From an uncultured Atopobiaceae bacterium (GTDB lineage: Bacteria > Actinomycetota > Coriobacteriia > Coriobacteriales > Atopobiaceae): a stretch of 64,000 nt of DNA. A model generated the notes under the pieces. That model was given only the letters and a program-made list of their open reading frames with translations, was not told the origin of the DNA and made no database searches. Positions 28,126 through 35,857 of this stretch are shown one piece after another; position 1 is the first letter of the stretch, and the number at the start of each line of letters is the position of its first letter. Where the stretch lies: NCBI GenBank assembly GCA_910579165.1, contig CAJTTF010000002.1, positions 41,746-105,745 of the forward strand, read 5' to 3'. Both the position numbers and the translations under genes were made by a program.

Positions 28126-28791
28126 CTATGACTCACCGTGCACCTCTCCGTAAGCGCTACCTTCATTTTCGAGCGAGATTTCTCGACGAAAAACATCTTG
28201 AAAGGATTCATTAAAGCTGCTGGCATTAGAAGATGGCACCGCACAACGAAGTTTAATCTCATCTTCGTAACTGCGATTGATTATTGTTCCTTTGCAGGAT
28301 TTAAGTAGGTGTTCAAATGTTTTCATATGCTTATAAGAAAGCGATGTACAAAAAATTGATTGCTTTTGAACAACGCAAAGGACGCCCTCCTCCGCTGCGT
28401 CCTTAAGTGCATCCCTTGCGCACCCAGCATATGCGCGTTTAAGGCCCCCCGGACCCAAGAGAATACCTCCAAAATAGCGCACAACGCACACACATACATT
28501 CACCAGGCCTTCACCTCGTAAAACCTCAAGCACCGGAAGACCTGCTGTCTGAGAGGGCTCACCATCGTCACAGGATCTCTCATGGATAGCGTCTGCATCA
28601 TCGAGAATTCGCCAGGCATATACAACATGTCGAGCATCAAGATTATCGTGAGAAATGGCCTCATAGAAAGACTTGGCTTCTTCTGGAGAAGCCACCGCTT
28701 TTACTAGGGCAATAAATCGACTTTTGCGGTCAACAAGGGAGCCTTTTGCTACTTTCCCCTTGCGGATGCTGTTAAATACCTGCGTTTCCAT
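28126..28791 (-). CDS. yigZ: IMPACT/YigZ family protein
   Basis: DRKSRFIALV, an HVVYAWR block, DDGEPSQTAG and VVRYFGGILLG motifs. Start moved to METQVF (28791), because the longer ORF to 28872 would overlap the rnpB 5' end on the opposite strand. Confidence 0.8.
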   Translation of the reverse strand: METQVFNSIRKGKVAKGSLVDRKSRFIALVKAVASPEEAKSFYEAISHDNLDARHVVYAWRILDDADAIHERSCDDGEPSQTAGLPVLEVLRGEGLVNVCVCVVRYFGGILLGPGGLKRAYAGCARDALKDAAEEGVLCVVQKQSIFCTSLSYKHMKTFEHLLKSCKGTIINRSYEDEIKLRCAVPSSNASSFNESFQDVFRREISLENEGSAYGEVHGES

Positions 28792-28810
28792 AGGTGATAT
28801 ACTACCATCT

Positions 28811-29200
28811 GCGAAGGAACCTAGACGATTGCGCCATTTCCTCCACAGGGTGACTCTATCGGTGTCAAGCAATTAAGGCTGGTAGATAAATACATCCATG
28901 GCTGGATATGGTGAGGAAAGTCCGGGCTCCACAGGGCAGGATGCCAGGATGAGCCTGGGCGGGGCAACCCGACGGAAAGTGCCGCAGAAAAGAAAACTCT
29001 CACTGGCGTGCAAACGCTAAGAGAAAAGCTGAAAAGGTGGTGTAAGAGACCACCAGCGTCGCAGCAATGTGACGGCTTGGTAAACCCCATTCGGAGCAAG
29101 ACCAAATAGGAACGCTACGCATTTGCCCGATGCGCGTTCGGGTTGGTCGCTAAGATAAATAATCGTCCTCGACAGAACCCGGCTTACAGGTTCCTTCGTC
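28811..29200 (+). ncRNA. rnpB: RNase P RNA, bacterial type A
   Basis: GAGGAAAGTCCGGGCTCCACAGGGCAGGATGCCAGG (P4 5' strand), GGTAAACCCCATTCGGAGCAAGACCAAATAGG, and ACAGAACCCGGCTTA (P4 3' strand). P1 pairs CGAAGGAACCT (28812..28822) with AGGTTCCTTCG (29188..29198). P2 pairs GACGATT with AATCGTC. Confidence 0.9.
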
Positions 29201-29336
29201 TCTTTTGATATCAGATTAAGCGTCCAATGAAATCGAGTCTTCTGCGAAATCAGCGGCTCATTGATACTTGATGGGCCCAGAACTGGACGCCCGGCGAGAT
29301 TAGGCTGATATGATATCAATGGCTTGTTTGCTGAGA

Positions 29337-30149
29337 CTAGATGTTCTGATTCATCCTTGAGGCTCCCGCGGCCATCCACTTCCGCGGCAGAAGTCGACTT
29401 GCAAGAACGATGCTCTTTCCCAATATACCAGGCACGACTAGTGCTTTATTTCGCTTTAGGCCATGCCAAGCACTGCGAGCAACGATATCCGGTTTTTGAG
29501 CGAGCCTTACATAGATAGTTTTGTCGGCATTGGCACGCGCCCAAAAAGCCGTCCTTACGGGTCCTGGACAGAGCGCACTCACGCGAATGCCCTTATCGGC
29601 AAGCTCATGGTGAAGCGCTAAGGAAAAGGAGGCAACATATGCTTTACTTGCAAAATAAGTAGCCATAGAGGGACCTGGAAGAAATGCCGCAACGGATGCA
29701 ATGTTGAGGATTGCTCCCGTGCCGCGTTTGAGCATAGCAGGAAGAAGATGACGACAGAGTTTTCGGACGACCGTTACGTCTAACTTTTCAAGATTGTTTT
29801 GCCGTTTTTTATTGCTATTAACAAAGGGCGCATCCAGTCCAAATCCAGCATTGTTAACAAGGAGTTCTACTGGACAATTGAGGTCTTCAACAAAATGGAT
29901 AAGGCGTTTTACCGCACCTTTTTTACAGAGGTTGAGAGGAAGGCAATGGACGGTTGCGCCATACTTTTGAGCTAGTTCCAACGAGAGCTTCTTGAGGGCT
30001 TTTTTGTTTTGTCCTGTCGCAACGATAGTAAAGCCATCTTGTGCAGCAAGCCGTGCAAACTCAATGCCTAAGCCTGAAGTTGCTCCCGTAATGAGCGCAA
30101 GACTCATTTGAGGTTGAGGCTTGCTTACCTGTTTACTTTTACGTGTCAC
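29337..30149 (-). CDS. Short-chain dehydrogenase/reductase (SDR) family oxidoreductase
   Basis: TGATSGLG Rossmann motif, NNAG, and a YFASK active-site region. The start is either GTG at 30149 or ATG at 30107 (MSLALITGA). Confidence 0.8.
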   Translation of the reverse strand: MTRKSKQVSKPQPQMSLALITGATSGLGIEFARLAAQDGFTIVATGQNKKALKKLSLELAQKYGATVHCLPLNLCKKGAVKRLIHFVEDLNCPVELLVNNAGFGLDAPFVNSNKKRQNNLEKLDVTVVRKLCRHLLPAMLKRGTGAILNIASVAAFLPGPSMATYFASKAYVASFSLALHHELADKGIRVSALCPGPVRTAFWARANADKTIYVRLAQKPDIVARSAWHGLKRNKALVVPGILGKSIVLASRLLPRKWMAAGASRMNQNI

Positions 30150-30221
30150 GTTAATACCCCGTACTGGCCTTCAGGAAATGCGGGGCCTCACCTCACCCGT
30201 ATAAAGGGCGCGAGATCTTGT

Positions 30222-30596
30222 TTATTGATTGGCTTCGTTCGCCTTTTTTGCAATAGCAGCAAGATCAGCAAAGGCTTTAGCATCCTCATAGGCGATTTGC
30301 GCCAGTACCTTGCGATCAAGCTCAACGCCCGCAAGCTTGAGTCCGTGCATAAAGTGAGAGTAGCTCATGTCGTTAAGACGAGCTGCGGCATTAATACGCG
30401 TAATCCAGAGGCGACGGATATCACGTTTTTTATTACGACGATCGCGGTAGGCGTATTGCAGAGAATGACGAGACTGCTCTTTCATGCCACGGAGGGTTCT
30501 CGAGCCAGTTCCGTAATAACCTTTGGTTCTTTCTTGCAGGGTGCGACGACGTTTCTTTGAATGAACCGCGCGTTTAACTCGTGCCATAGTAATCAA
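30222..30596 (-). CDS. rplT: 50S ribosomal protein L20
   Basis: [15 protein letters not shown]...GYYG...[21 protein letters not shown]. Confidence 0.95.
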   Translation of the reverse strand: MITMARVKRAVHSKKRRRTLQERTKGYYGTGSRTLRGMKEQSRHSLQYAYRDRRNKKRDIRRLWITRINAAARLNDMSYSHFMHGLKLAGVELDRKVLAQIAYEDAKAFADLAAIAKKANEANQ

Positions 30597-30704
30597 CTCC
30601 TTAAAAGAAGAATGTCTAATTTCATTTCATCTTTTCTTGCGAGATCTAAACCTGCTGCCATCTTTTCTTTTTGCGAGCAGGGCTAGCGGTAGATCCCAAA
30701 GGGC

Positions 30705-30920
30705 TTAATGAACAGCCTTCTTGCGTCCTCTACCAATACGCTTGGTGACAACAGCGCTATCGCCCTTAACGAGCGCTTCTTCGTCCCTAAAGCTTCTGAT
30801 GCGTTTTTGGTTTTTCTTCGTCAGGATGTGGCTCTTAAAGGCGTGGGCATGCATGATTTTGCCAGAAGCCGTACGTCTAAAGCGCTTAGCTGCACCTTTA
30901 TGGGTTTTCATCTTAGGCAT
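30705..30920 (-). CDS. rpmI: 50S ribosomal protein L35
   Basis: [18 protein letters not shown]......F.SH. Confidence 0.95.
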   Translation of the reverse strand: MPKMKTHKGAAKRFRRTASGKIMHAHAFKSHILTKKNQKRIRSFRDEEALVKGDSAVVTKRIGRGRKKAVH

Positions 30921-31491
30921 TGTTCTCCTCCTTTTGTGTAATGTCTTTTTTTAGAGATGCTTCGTCTTTAAAAGCACCCTTAATAGGAGCAACCAGCATG
31001 TGCATGTTACGACCTTCCATTACTGGCTGCTGCTCAATAGTGGCATAAGGCTCTAAATCATTAGAAAGCCGTTCAAGCACGTTAAGTCCCTGATCGGGAT
31101 GCGCCATCTCGCGGCCGCGAAACATAATGGTGATCTTCACGCGAGCTCCCTTTTTAAGAAAGCGCATGACATGGCCTTTTTTCGTCTCGTAATCACCTAC
31201 ATCAATCTTTGGTCGAAACTTCATCTCCTTGACCTCGATCTTTTGTTGGTGCTTACGGGCGGCCTTTTGTTTGATTGCTTGCTCGTATTTGTACTTTCCA
31301 AAATCCATAATCTTGCAAACAACGGGGTCTGAATGAGGAGAAATCTCAACAAGGTCCAAGCCCGCGCTATCTGCTATTGTTTGTGCCTCGTCAATCCCAT
31401 AGACGCCCATCTGCTCTCCGTCGACGCCAATAAGTCGGCACTGGGGAGCGGTAATCTCAAGATTAACGCGTGTGTTGTCCTTTTTAGCTAT
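30913..31491 (-). CDS. infC: Translation initiation factor IF-3, starting at a non-canonical ATA codon
   Basis: The track ORF starts at an internal Met. Extending the frame upstream gives (ATA)[35 protein letters not shown]..., the canonical IF-3 N-terminus. An in-frame TAA lies immediately upstream of the ATA, and AGGTG sits 6 nt upstream. Confidence 0.85.
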   Translation of the reverse strand: MAKKDNTRVNLEITAPQCRLIGVDGEQMGVYGIDEAQTIADSAGLDLVEISPHSDPVVCKIMDFGKYKYEQAIKQKAARKHQQKIEVKEMKFRPKIDVGDYETKKGHVMRFLKKGARVKITIMFRGREMAHPDQGLNVLERLSNDLEPYATIEQQPVMEGRNMHMLVAPIKGAFKDEASLKKDITQKEENNA

Positions 31492-31536
31492 TTAAAACAC
31501 CTACTCTCAAACTCACGCGAAAACAAACGAATTAAC

Positions 31537-31566
31537 CCAAAGAAAAAGCCAGTACACAGACTGGCT
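31537..31566 (-). terminator. Terminator-like hairpin inside the infC leader (candidate attenuator)
   Basis: On the minus strand, GAGCCAGT-CTGTGT-ACTGGCTT is followed by TTTTCTTTGGG, about 45 nt upstream of the infC start. There is no upstream co-oriented gene for it to terminate. Confidence 0.5.
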
Positions 31567-31686
31567 CAAACACTACCTAGTAAGAACGAAAGAAGCGTGC
31601 GTGCTTCTTTCAAATGTATTTGACCAGTCAGCTCGGCGCCAATCAGGTGGAAAACGTCAGTTTTCACTTTGTTTCGCACTATGCGT

Positions 31687-31716
31687 TTGGACAGTTTATC
31701 CTACTTTCATTAAAAT
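31687..31716 (+). promoter_or_regulatory. Candidate xpt promoter (-35 TTGGAC, 18 nt spacer, -10 TAAAAT)
   Basis: Hexamers read directly at 31687..31692 and 31711..31716, about 45 nt upstream of the xpt ATG. Confidence 0.35.
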
Positions 31717-31759
31717 CTCAAGAAAAATTGGCCATGCTATCGTTAAGACGGAGGAGCGC

Positions 31760-32353
31760 ATGATTGCACTTGAGGAACGCATCCAGGCAGACGGAAAGAT
31801 TCTTCCCGGTAACGTGGTTGCTATTGATAATTTTTTAAATCACCAGATAGACATAGCCCTTTGCCGTCAGATGGCCGATGAAATCTACGAAGCTTTCAAG
31901 GATAAACCTATCAGTAAGATTCTCACAATTGAAGCTTCTGGTATAGCCATGGCTACGCTTGTGGCTCGACGCTTTAATGCTCCCCTGCTCTTCGCCAAGA
32001 AGACGAAATCAACCAATCTTCATCACGATATCTACGAGACGAACGTTGCTTCTTATACACACGGAGATTCCAACCGCGTCTTTGTATCAAAGAAGTATCT
32101 CCCTTCCTCAGATGTTGTGCTTATCATTGATGACTTCCTTGCCATGGGTGAAGCCACGCGCGGTCTTATCAATATCTGTGAACAGGCGGGGGCGACACTT
32201 GCAGGCATTGGAGTCGCCGTCGAGAAGGGCTTTCAGCCTGGTGGCGCGTACTTAAGAGAACAGGGGTACCCATTAAAATCGCTCGCAATTATCGATGCTA
32301 TAGACGAGGCCTCTGGAAAAATTACGTTTAGAAAAGAAGAAGAAAAAGCGTAG
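31760..32353 (+). CDS. xpt: Xanthine phosphoribosyltransferase
   Basis: MIALEERIQADGKILPGNVV.ID.FLNHQID and VLIIDDFLAMGEA (PRPP-binding motif). Start at 31760 has GGAGG upstream. The track ORF from 31601 is an artefactual extension. Confidence 0.9.
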   Translation: MIALEERIQADGKILPGNVVAIDNFLNHQIDIALCRQMADEIYEAFKDKPISKILTIEASGIAMATLVARRFNAPLLFAKKTKSTNLHHDIYETNVASYTHGDSNRVFVSKKYLPSSDVVLIIDDFLAMGEATRGLINICEQAGATLAGIGVAVEKGFQPGGAYLREQGYPLKSLAIIDAIDEASGKITFRKEEEKA

Positions 32354-32359
32354 AAAAAC

Positions 32360-32447
32360 TGGTGCCAGAGGAGAGATTCGAACTCTCACGGGATTGCTCC
32401 CAGTGGTGTTTGAGACCACCGTGTCTGCCGTTCCACCACTCTGGCAC
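32360..32447 (-). tRNA. tRNA-Leu(CAA)
   Basis: 88 nt. The reverse complement GTGCCAGAGTGGTGGAACGGCAGACACGGTGGTCTCAAACACCAC has anticodon CAA, followed by a long variable arm, a T-arm and an encoded CCA. Confidence 0.9.
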
Positions 32448-32459
32448 GTCCGTTATACC

Positions 32460-33137
32460 TTATTGCAAAAAGGGATTAGTCGCAAGTTCTTGTCGCATAG
32501 TTGTTCTAGGTCCATGTCCCGGAAAGATAATAACGTCCGGATTTAGCTTCTTTTTGAGATGCATCAGAGATTTTTGCAGGGCACTTGCGTCTCCTCCCGG
32601 AAAATCAGTTCTCCCTGCAGATCCCCGGAAGAGAGTGTCACCAGTAAATGCAAGTTCATCACCAGTCAAAACAATGCCACCTTCCGTGTGGCCCGGAGTA
32701 TGAAGGACTTCCAATTGAATTGAGCCCGTGCCTACTTTGTCACCGGCTTTAAGCAAAACATCAGGTTCGGGTGCGTCATCATCATAAGGCAAGCCCAAAT
32801 TAGAATTGCTTACAGCGTGGACAACGCGGTTGGCATCGTAGGAGCCAACCGCAAAAGGAACCTTGTAGTCCAAAGAATCCTGGAGTGCCTTCACACCTGA
32901 AACATGATCGCCATGTGCGTGGGTCGACACAATAAGCTTAATACGAACATCTTGCAGGTTGTGAGCGATTTCTGCGCCTGCGGTACCCGGATCGATTACG
33001 ATGGCATCAGCGTTGTTGATAACGGCATAACAATTGGTCTCAATTGGCGTCACTACATACGTCCGCACGTACGTTTTTTTATCATACGGATTCTGGAATT
33101 CTTCCTGAGCGATGACGTGATTTCTACTCGTTATCAT
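32460..33137 (-). CDS. MBL-fold metallo-hydrolase (glyoxalase II-like)
   Basis: THAHGDHVSG (HxHxDH) and the later HTPGHT and GDTLF blocks. Start at MITSRN (33137), preceded by GGGAG. The longer track ORF overlaps the rel 3' end. Confidence 0.8.
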   Translation of the reverse strand: MITSRNHVIAQEEFQNPYDKKTYVRTYVVTPIETNCYAVINNADAIVIDPGTAGAEIAHNLQDVRIKLIVSTHAHGDHVSGVKALQDSLDYKVPFAVGSYDANRVVHAVSNSNLGLPYDDDAPEPDVLLKAGDKVGTGSIQLEVLHTPGHTEGGIVLTGDELAFTGDTLFRGSAGRTDFPGGDASALQKSLMHLKKKLNPDVIIFPGHGPRTTMRQELATNPFLQ

Positions 33138-33210
33138 GATCTCCCTATTCCTATACTCACCGTAACCCGTCTGTGTCTTCTGCCGTAGCCTTTTATAGCA
33201 ATCTGCCTGT

Positions 33211-35724
33211 TTACGACCGGGCGCGGCGTTTAAACGATTTGGGTGTTTCCCCTGGCATAATGCGACGAGCATCAAAAACAGAAGGGACGTGAGAAACCGA
33301 AGCAAGCAACGGGTCAAGAAGTGATGCATCGGAAATGGCCACTAAGAAGCGGAGACGCGCCTCTCCAGAATCTGAAACCCGCGTGGCAGCAGACATAATG
33401 TTACCGCCAGCTTCGCCAACCGCTATGGTGATATCTTTTAAAAGACCCACACGATCTTGCGCTTCAACCACAATTTCAACCTGGAATTGAGTATGACCGG
33501 AGGTATCCCATGCTACGTCTATCATACGCTCAGGATGCTCCGAGAGGCTCTTTACGTTAGGGCACGTCGCGCGGTGTACCGACACTCCCCTACCACGCGT
33601 AATGAAGCCGACAATATCATCTCCGGCTACTGGATTGCAACAATGCGCAAGATGGACAAGCAGATCAGGATCACCTTTAACAACAACGCCCGATGTATTC
33701 TTGCGCTTGCCTTCCTTTAGCTGTCCAGCGACGAACGCTTTATTACCCATCATGGGCAAGTCTTTTGTGAATGTTTCATTTAATCGTTCGTTGGCTGCTT
33801 TTGATTCTTCAGCAGCCTCCTGAGCGTGCGTATCGGCTTCTAAAATGTCCGCAATGCGATTAACAATAGCTTTGGGCGTATAGGTATTGGTACCAATAGC
33901 GGCAAACAAGTCATCCGGGGACTTGAGATCAAGATGCTCACATACCTGCTCTATAGCTTTCGTCGAGCGTCGGGTGGAGATTCCGTATCCGCGTTTTCTC
34001 ATCTCTGTGGCGAGGCTTGCGCGTCCCAACTCTGCATCGTTGTCTTTGTTGACGCTTGAAAAATATCGTCTGATTTTGGAACGTGCAGAAGGTGTTTTAA
34101 CAATTTTGAGCCAGTCTGTAGAGGGACGGGAGTTCTTATTGGTCATAACCTCCACGCGATCCCCCGTTTGCAGCTCGTAGGTAAGTGGAACTACCCGACC
34201 GTTTACGCGAGCGCCAACACAGTGATTCCCAACTTCTGTGTGGACAGCATAGGCGAAATCGAGCGGCGTTGAGTGATTGCGCAAGCTCATTACCTCGCCC
34301 TTAGGAGTAAAGATAAAGACTTCCTTCTCAAAAAGGTCAACGCGCAAGTCTCGAAGGAAGGATCGTGCATCTTCAATATCAGACTCCACTGTCCACTCCA
34401 TGGACTTTCGGATTGCATTGATTTGCTCTTCGAGGTCTCTATCCTCTCCGCTCATATTCCCTTCAGAATTGCCCGCTGTTTTATAGAGCCAATGTGCGGC
34501 AATACCGTATTCTGCTTGCTCATGCATGTCGCGCGTGCGGATTTGTATCTCGATGGGGCGCCCTTCGGGTCCTATAACCGTCGTGTGAAGGGACTGATAG
34601 AGATTTGTTTTGGGCATTGCGATGTAGTCTTTAAAACGTCCAGGAATGGGGTGCCAATGATTGTGAACAGCGCCAAGAGCGGCGTAGCAATCTCCTATAG
34701 TAGACGTCAAAACGCGAAGCGCAATCAGGTCATATATATCCTGAAAATCTTTATCTTTATGCTTCATTTTTTGAAAGATTGACCAGAAATGCTTGGGGCG
34801 TCCTGTAATCTTAAAGTCTTCAATGCCAGCAGAAGATAGTTCGTGCTCCAGCTCCTGCATGGCGTTCATTGTGACGTGTTTGCGCTGCTCTTGAGTTTCT
34901 TTAACAAGGCGTGCGATGTGTTTGTATTCGTCGGGTTCAATGTAAGAAAAAGCAAGATCCTCAAGCTCTGTCTTCATATTTGACATACCCAGGCGGTCAG
35001 CAAGAGGAGCGTAGACGTCCATCGTTTCCGTTGCCTTAAAGATTTGGCGATCAGAGGGAAGTGACTGTAATGTCCGCATATTATGCAGACGATCCGCAAG
35101 TTTAATGAGAATAACGCGAATATCTTTAGACATCGCCAGGAACATTTTACGTAGATTTAGTGCTTGCTTCTCATCCATTGAAGATACGTCGATGTTTGTA
35201 AGCTTAGTAACACCATCAACAAGTTCGGCGACCGTATCGCCAAAGAGTTTGGCAATATCGTCTTTCGTGGCTGAGGTATCTTCAACCGTATCATGGAGGA
35301 GCGCCGCGCAGACAACGTCGTCGTCCATGCGAAAATCGTGCGCCAGGATTGTGGAAACCTCGACGGGATGGTTTATATAGGGTTCGCCGGAACGACGCTT
35401 CTGTTCTTTATGTACATCTGCAGCAAAGAGATAGGCATCGTGGACCCGATTGAGTTGTTCTTCTGACATATACCGAGAGGCGGCATCGTACAGGTTCGCG
35501 TAGTGAAAAGCACCCACAGAGGGAAGCTTGCAAGAGGTTGGTAATTGCGGAGAGACCTCATTAAGAGTGGTATGAATTTGACTTGATGTCTGAGACTGAG
35601 TTCGATTGTGCGCTTGCGTCTTTGCGTCGTGCGGCATCTGGGCGCTCGTATGAGTGCCCATTTTGGTGTTTGCTGCTGAGTTTTTAGAACTCATGCGTCC
35701 TTCTTCTTGAGTGTTTACCTTCAA
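33211..35724 (-). CDS. relA: Bifunctional (p)ppGpp synthetase/hydrolase Rel (HD, synthetase, TGS and ACT domains)
   Basis: HD block (HPVEV...LHDTVEDT), synthetase block (YIAMPK.N.YQSLHT), TGS (VFIFTPKGEV) and a C-terminal ACT-like region. It has a low-complexity N-terminal extension of about 70 aa. Confidence 0.95.
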   Translation of the reverse strand: MKVNTQEEGRMSSKNSAANTKMGTHTSAQMPHDAKTQAHNRTQSQTSSQIHTTLNEVSPQLPTSCKLPSVGAFHYANLYDAASRYMSEEQLNRVHDAYLFAADVHKEQKRRSGEPYINHPVEVSTILAHDFRMDDDVVCAALLHDTVEDTSATKDDIAKLFGDTVAELVDGVTKLTNIDVSSMDEKQALNLRKMFLAMSKDIRVILIKLADRLHNMRTLQSLPSDRQIFKATETMDVYAPLADRLGMSNMKTELEDLAFSYIEPDEYKHIARLVKETQEQRKHVTMNAMQELEHELSSAGIEDFKITGRPKHFWSIFQKMKHKDKDFQDIYDLIALRVLTSTIGDCYAALGAVHNHWHPIPGRFKDYIAMPKTNLYQSLHTTVIGPEGRPIEIQIRTRDMHEQAEYGIAAHWLYKTAGNSEGNMSGEDRDLEEQINAIRKSMEWTVESDIEDARSFLRDLRVDLFEKEVFIFTPKGEVMSLRNHSTPLDFAYAVHTEVGNHCVGARVNGRVVPLTYELQTGDRVEVMTNKNSRPSTDWLKIVKTPSARSKIRRYFSSVNKDNDAELGRASLATEMRKRGYGISTRRSTKAIEQVCEHLDLKSPDDLFAAIGTNTYTPKAIVNRIADILEADTHAQEAAEESKAANERLNETFTKDLPMMGNKAFVAGQLKEGKRKNTSGVVVKGDPDLLVHLAHCCNPVAGDDIVGFITRGRGVSVHRATCPNVKSLSEHPERMIDVAWDTSGHTQFQVEIVVEAQDRVGLLKDITIAVGEAGGNIMSAATRVSDSGEARLRFLVAISDASLLDPLLASVSHVPSVFDARRIMPGETPKSFKRRARS

Positions 35725-35857
35725 TCTTGCTGGAAGCTCTTAACGCCTTGAGGCTATGTCCAGGTTTTAAACTAACCTTAAAGAGCTCGCAAAACGTGAA
35801 CAAAGTATACAAGAAATACCCCTTGGAACATGGGCGCATGCAACGAGAGAGTTGGCG

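Noticed and set aside
28821-29379. Two minus-strand ORFs (28821..29105, 94 aa; 29017..29379, 120 aa) in an apparently gene-free gap
   Set aside because: They lie antisense across the RNase P RNA gene, whose conserved P1, P2 and P4 elements are unambiguous. The ORFs have no recognisable protein features.
31601-31759. N-terminal 53-aa extension of the xpt ORF, and similar long-ORF extensions for rpe (6696..6908), the MBL hydrolase (33138..33329), oppD (62004..62126), rfbA (46310..46372), xseB (41001..41069), xseA (42497..42547) and nif3 (3696..3758)
   Set aside because: In each case an internal ATG is preceded by a good Shine-Dalgarno sequence and matches the conserved family N-terminus. The extension either overlaps the upstream gene or encodes non-homologous sequence.
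31600-31759. Possible purine (guanine) riboswitch upstream of xpt
   Set aside because: I could not find the conserved purine-riboswitch core or its three-way junction in the roughly 70-nt leader, which is too short. A covariance-model scan would settle it.
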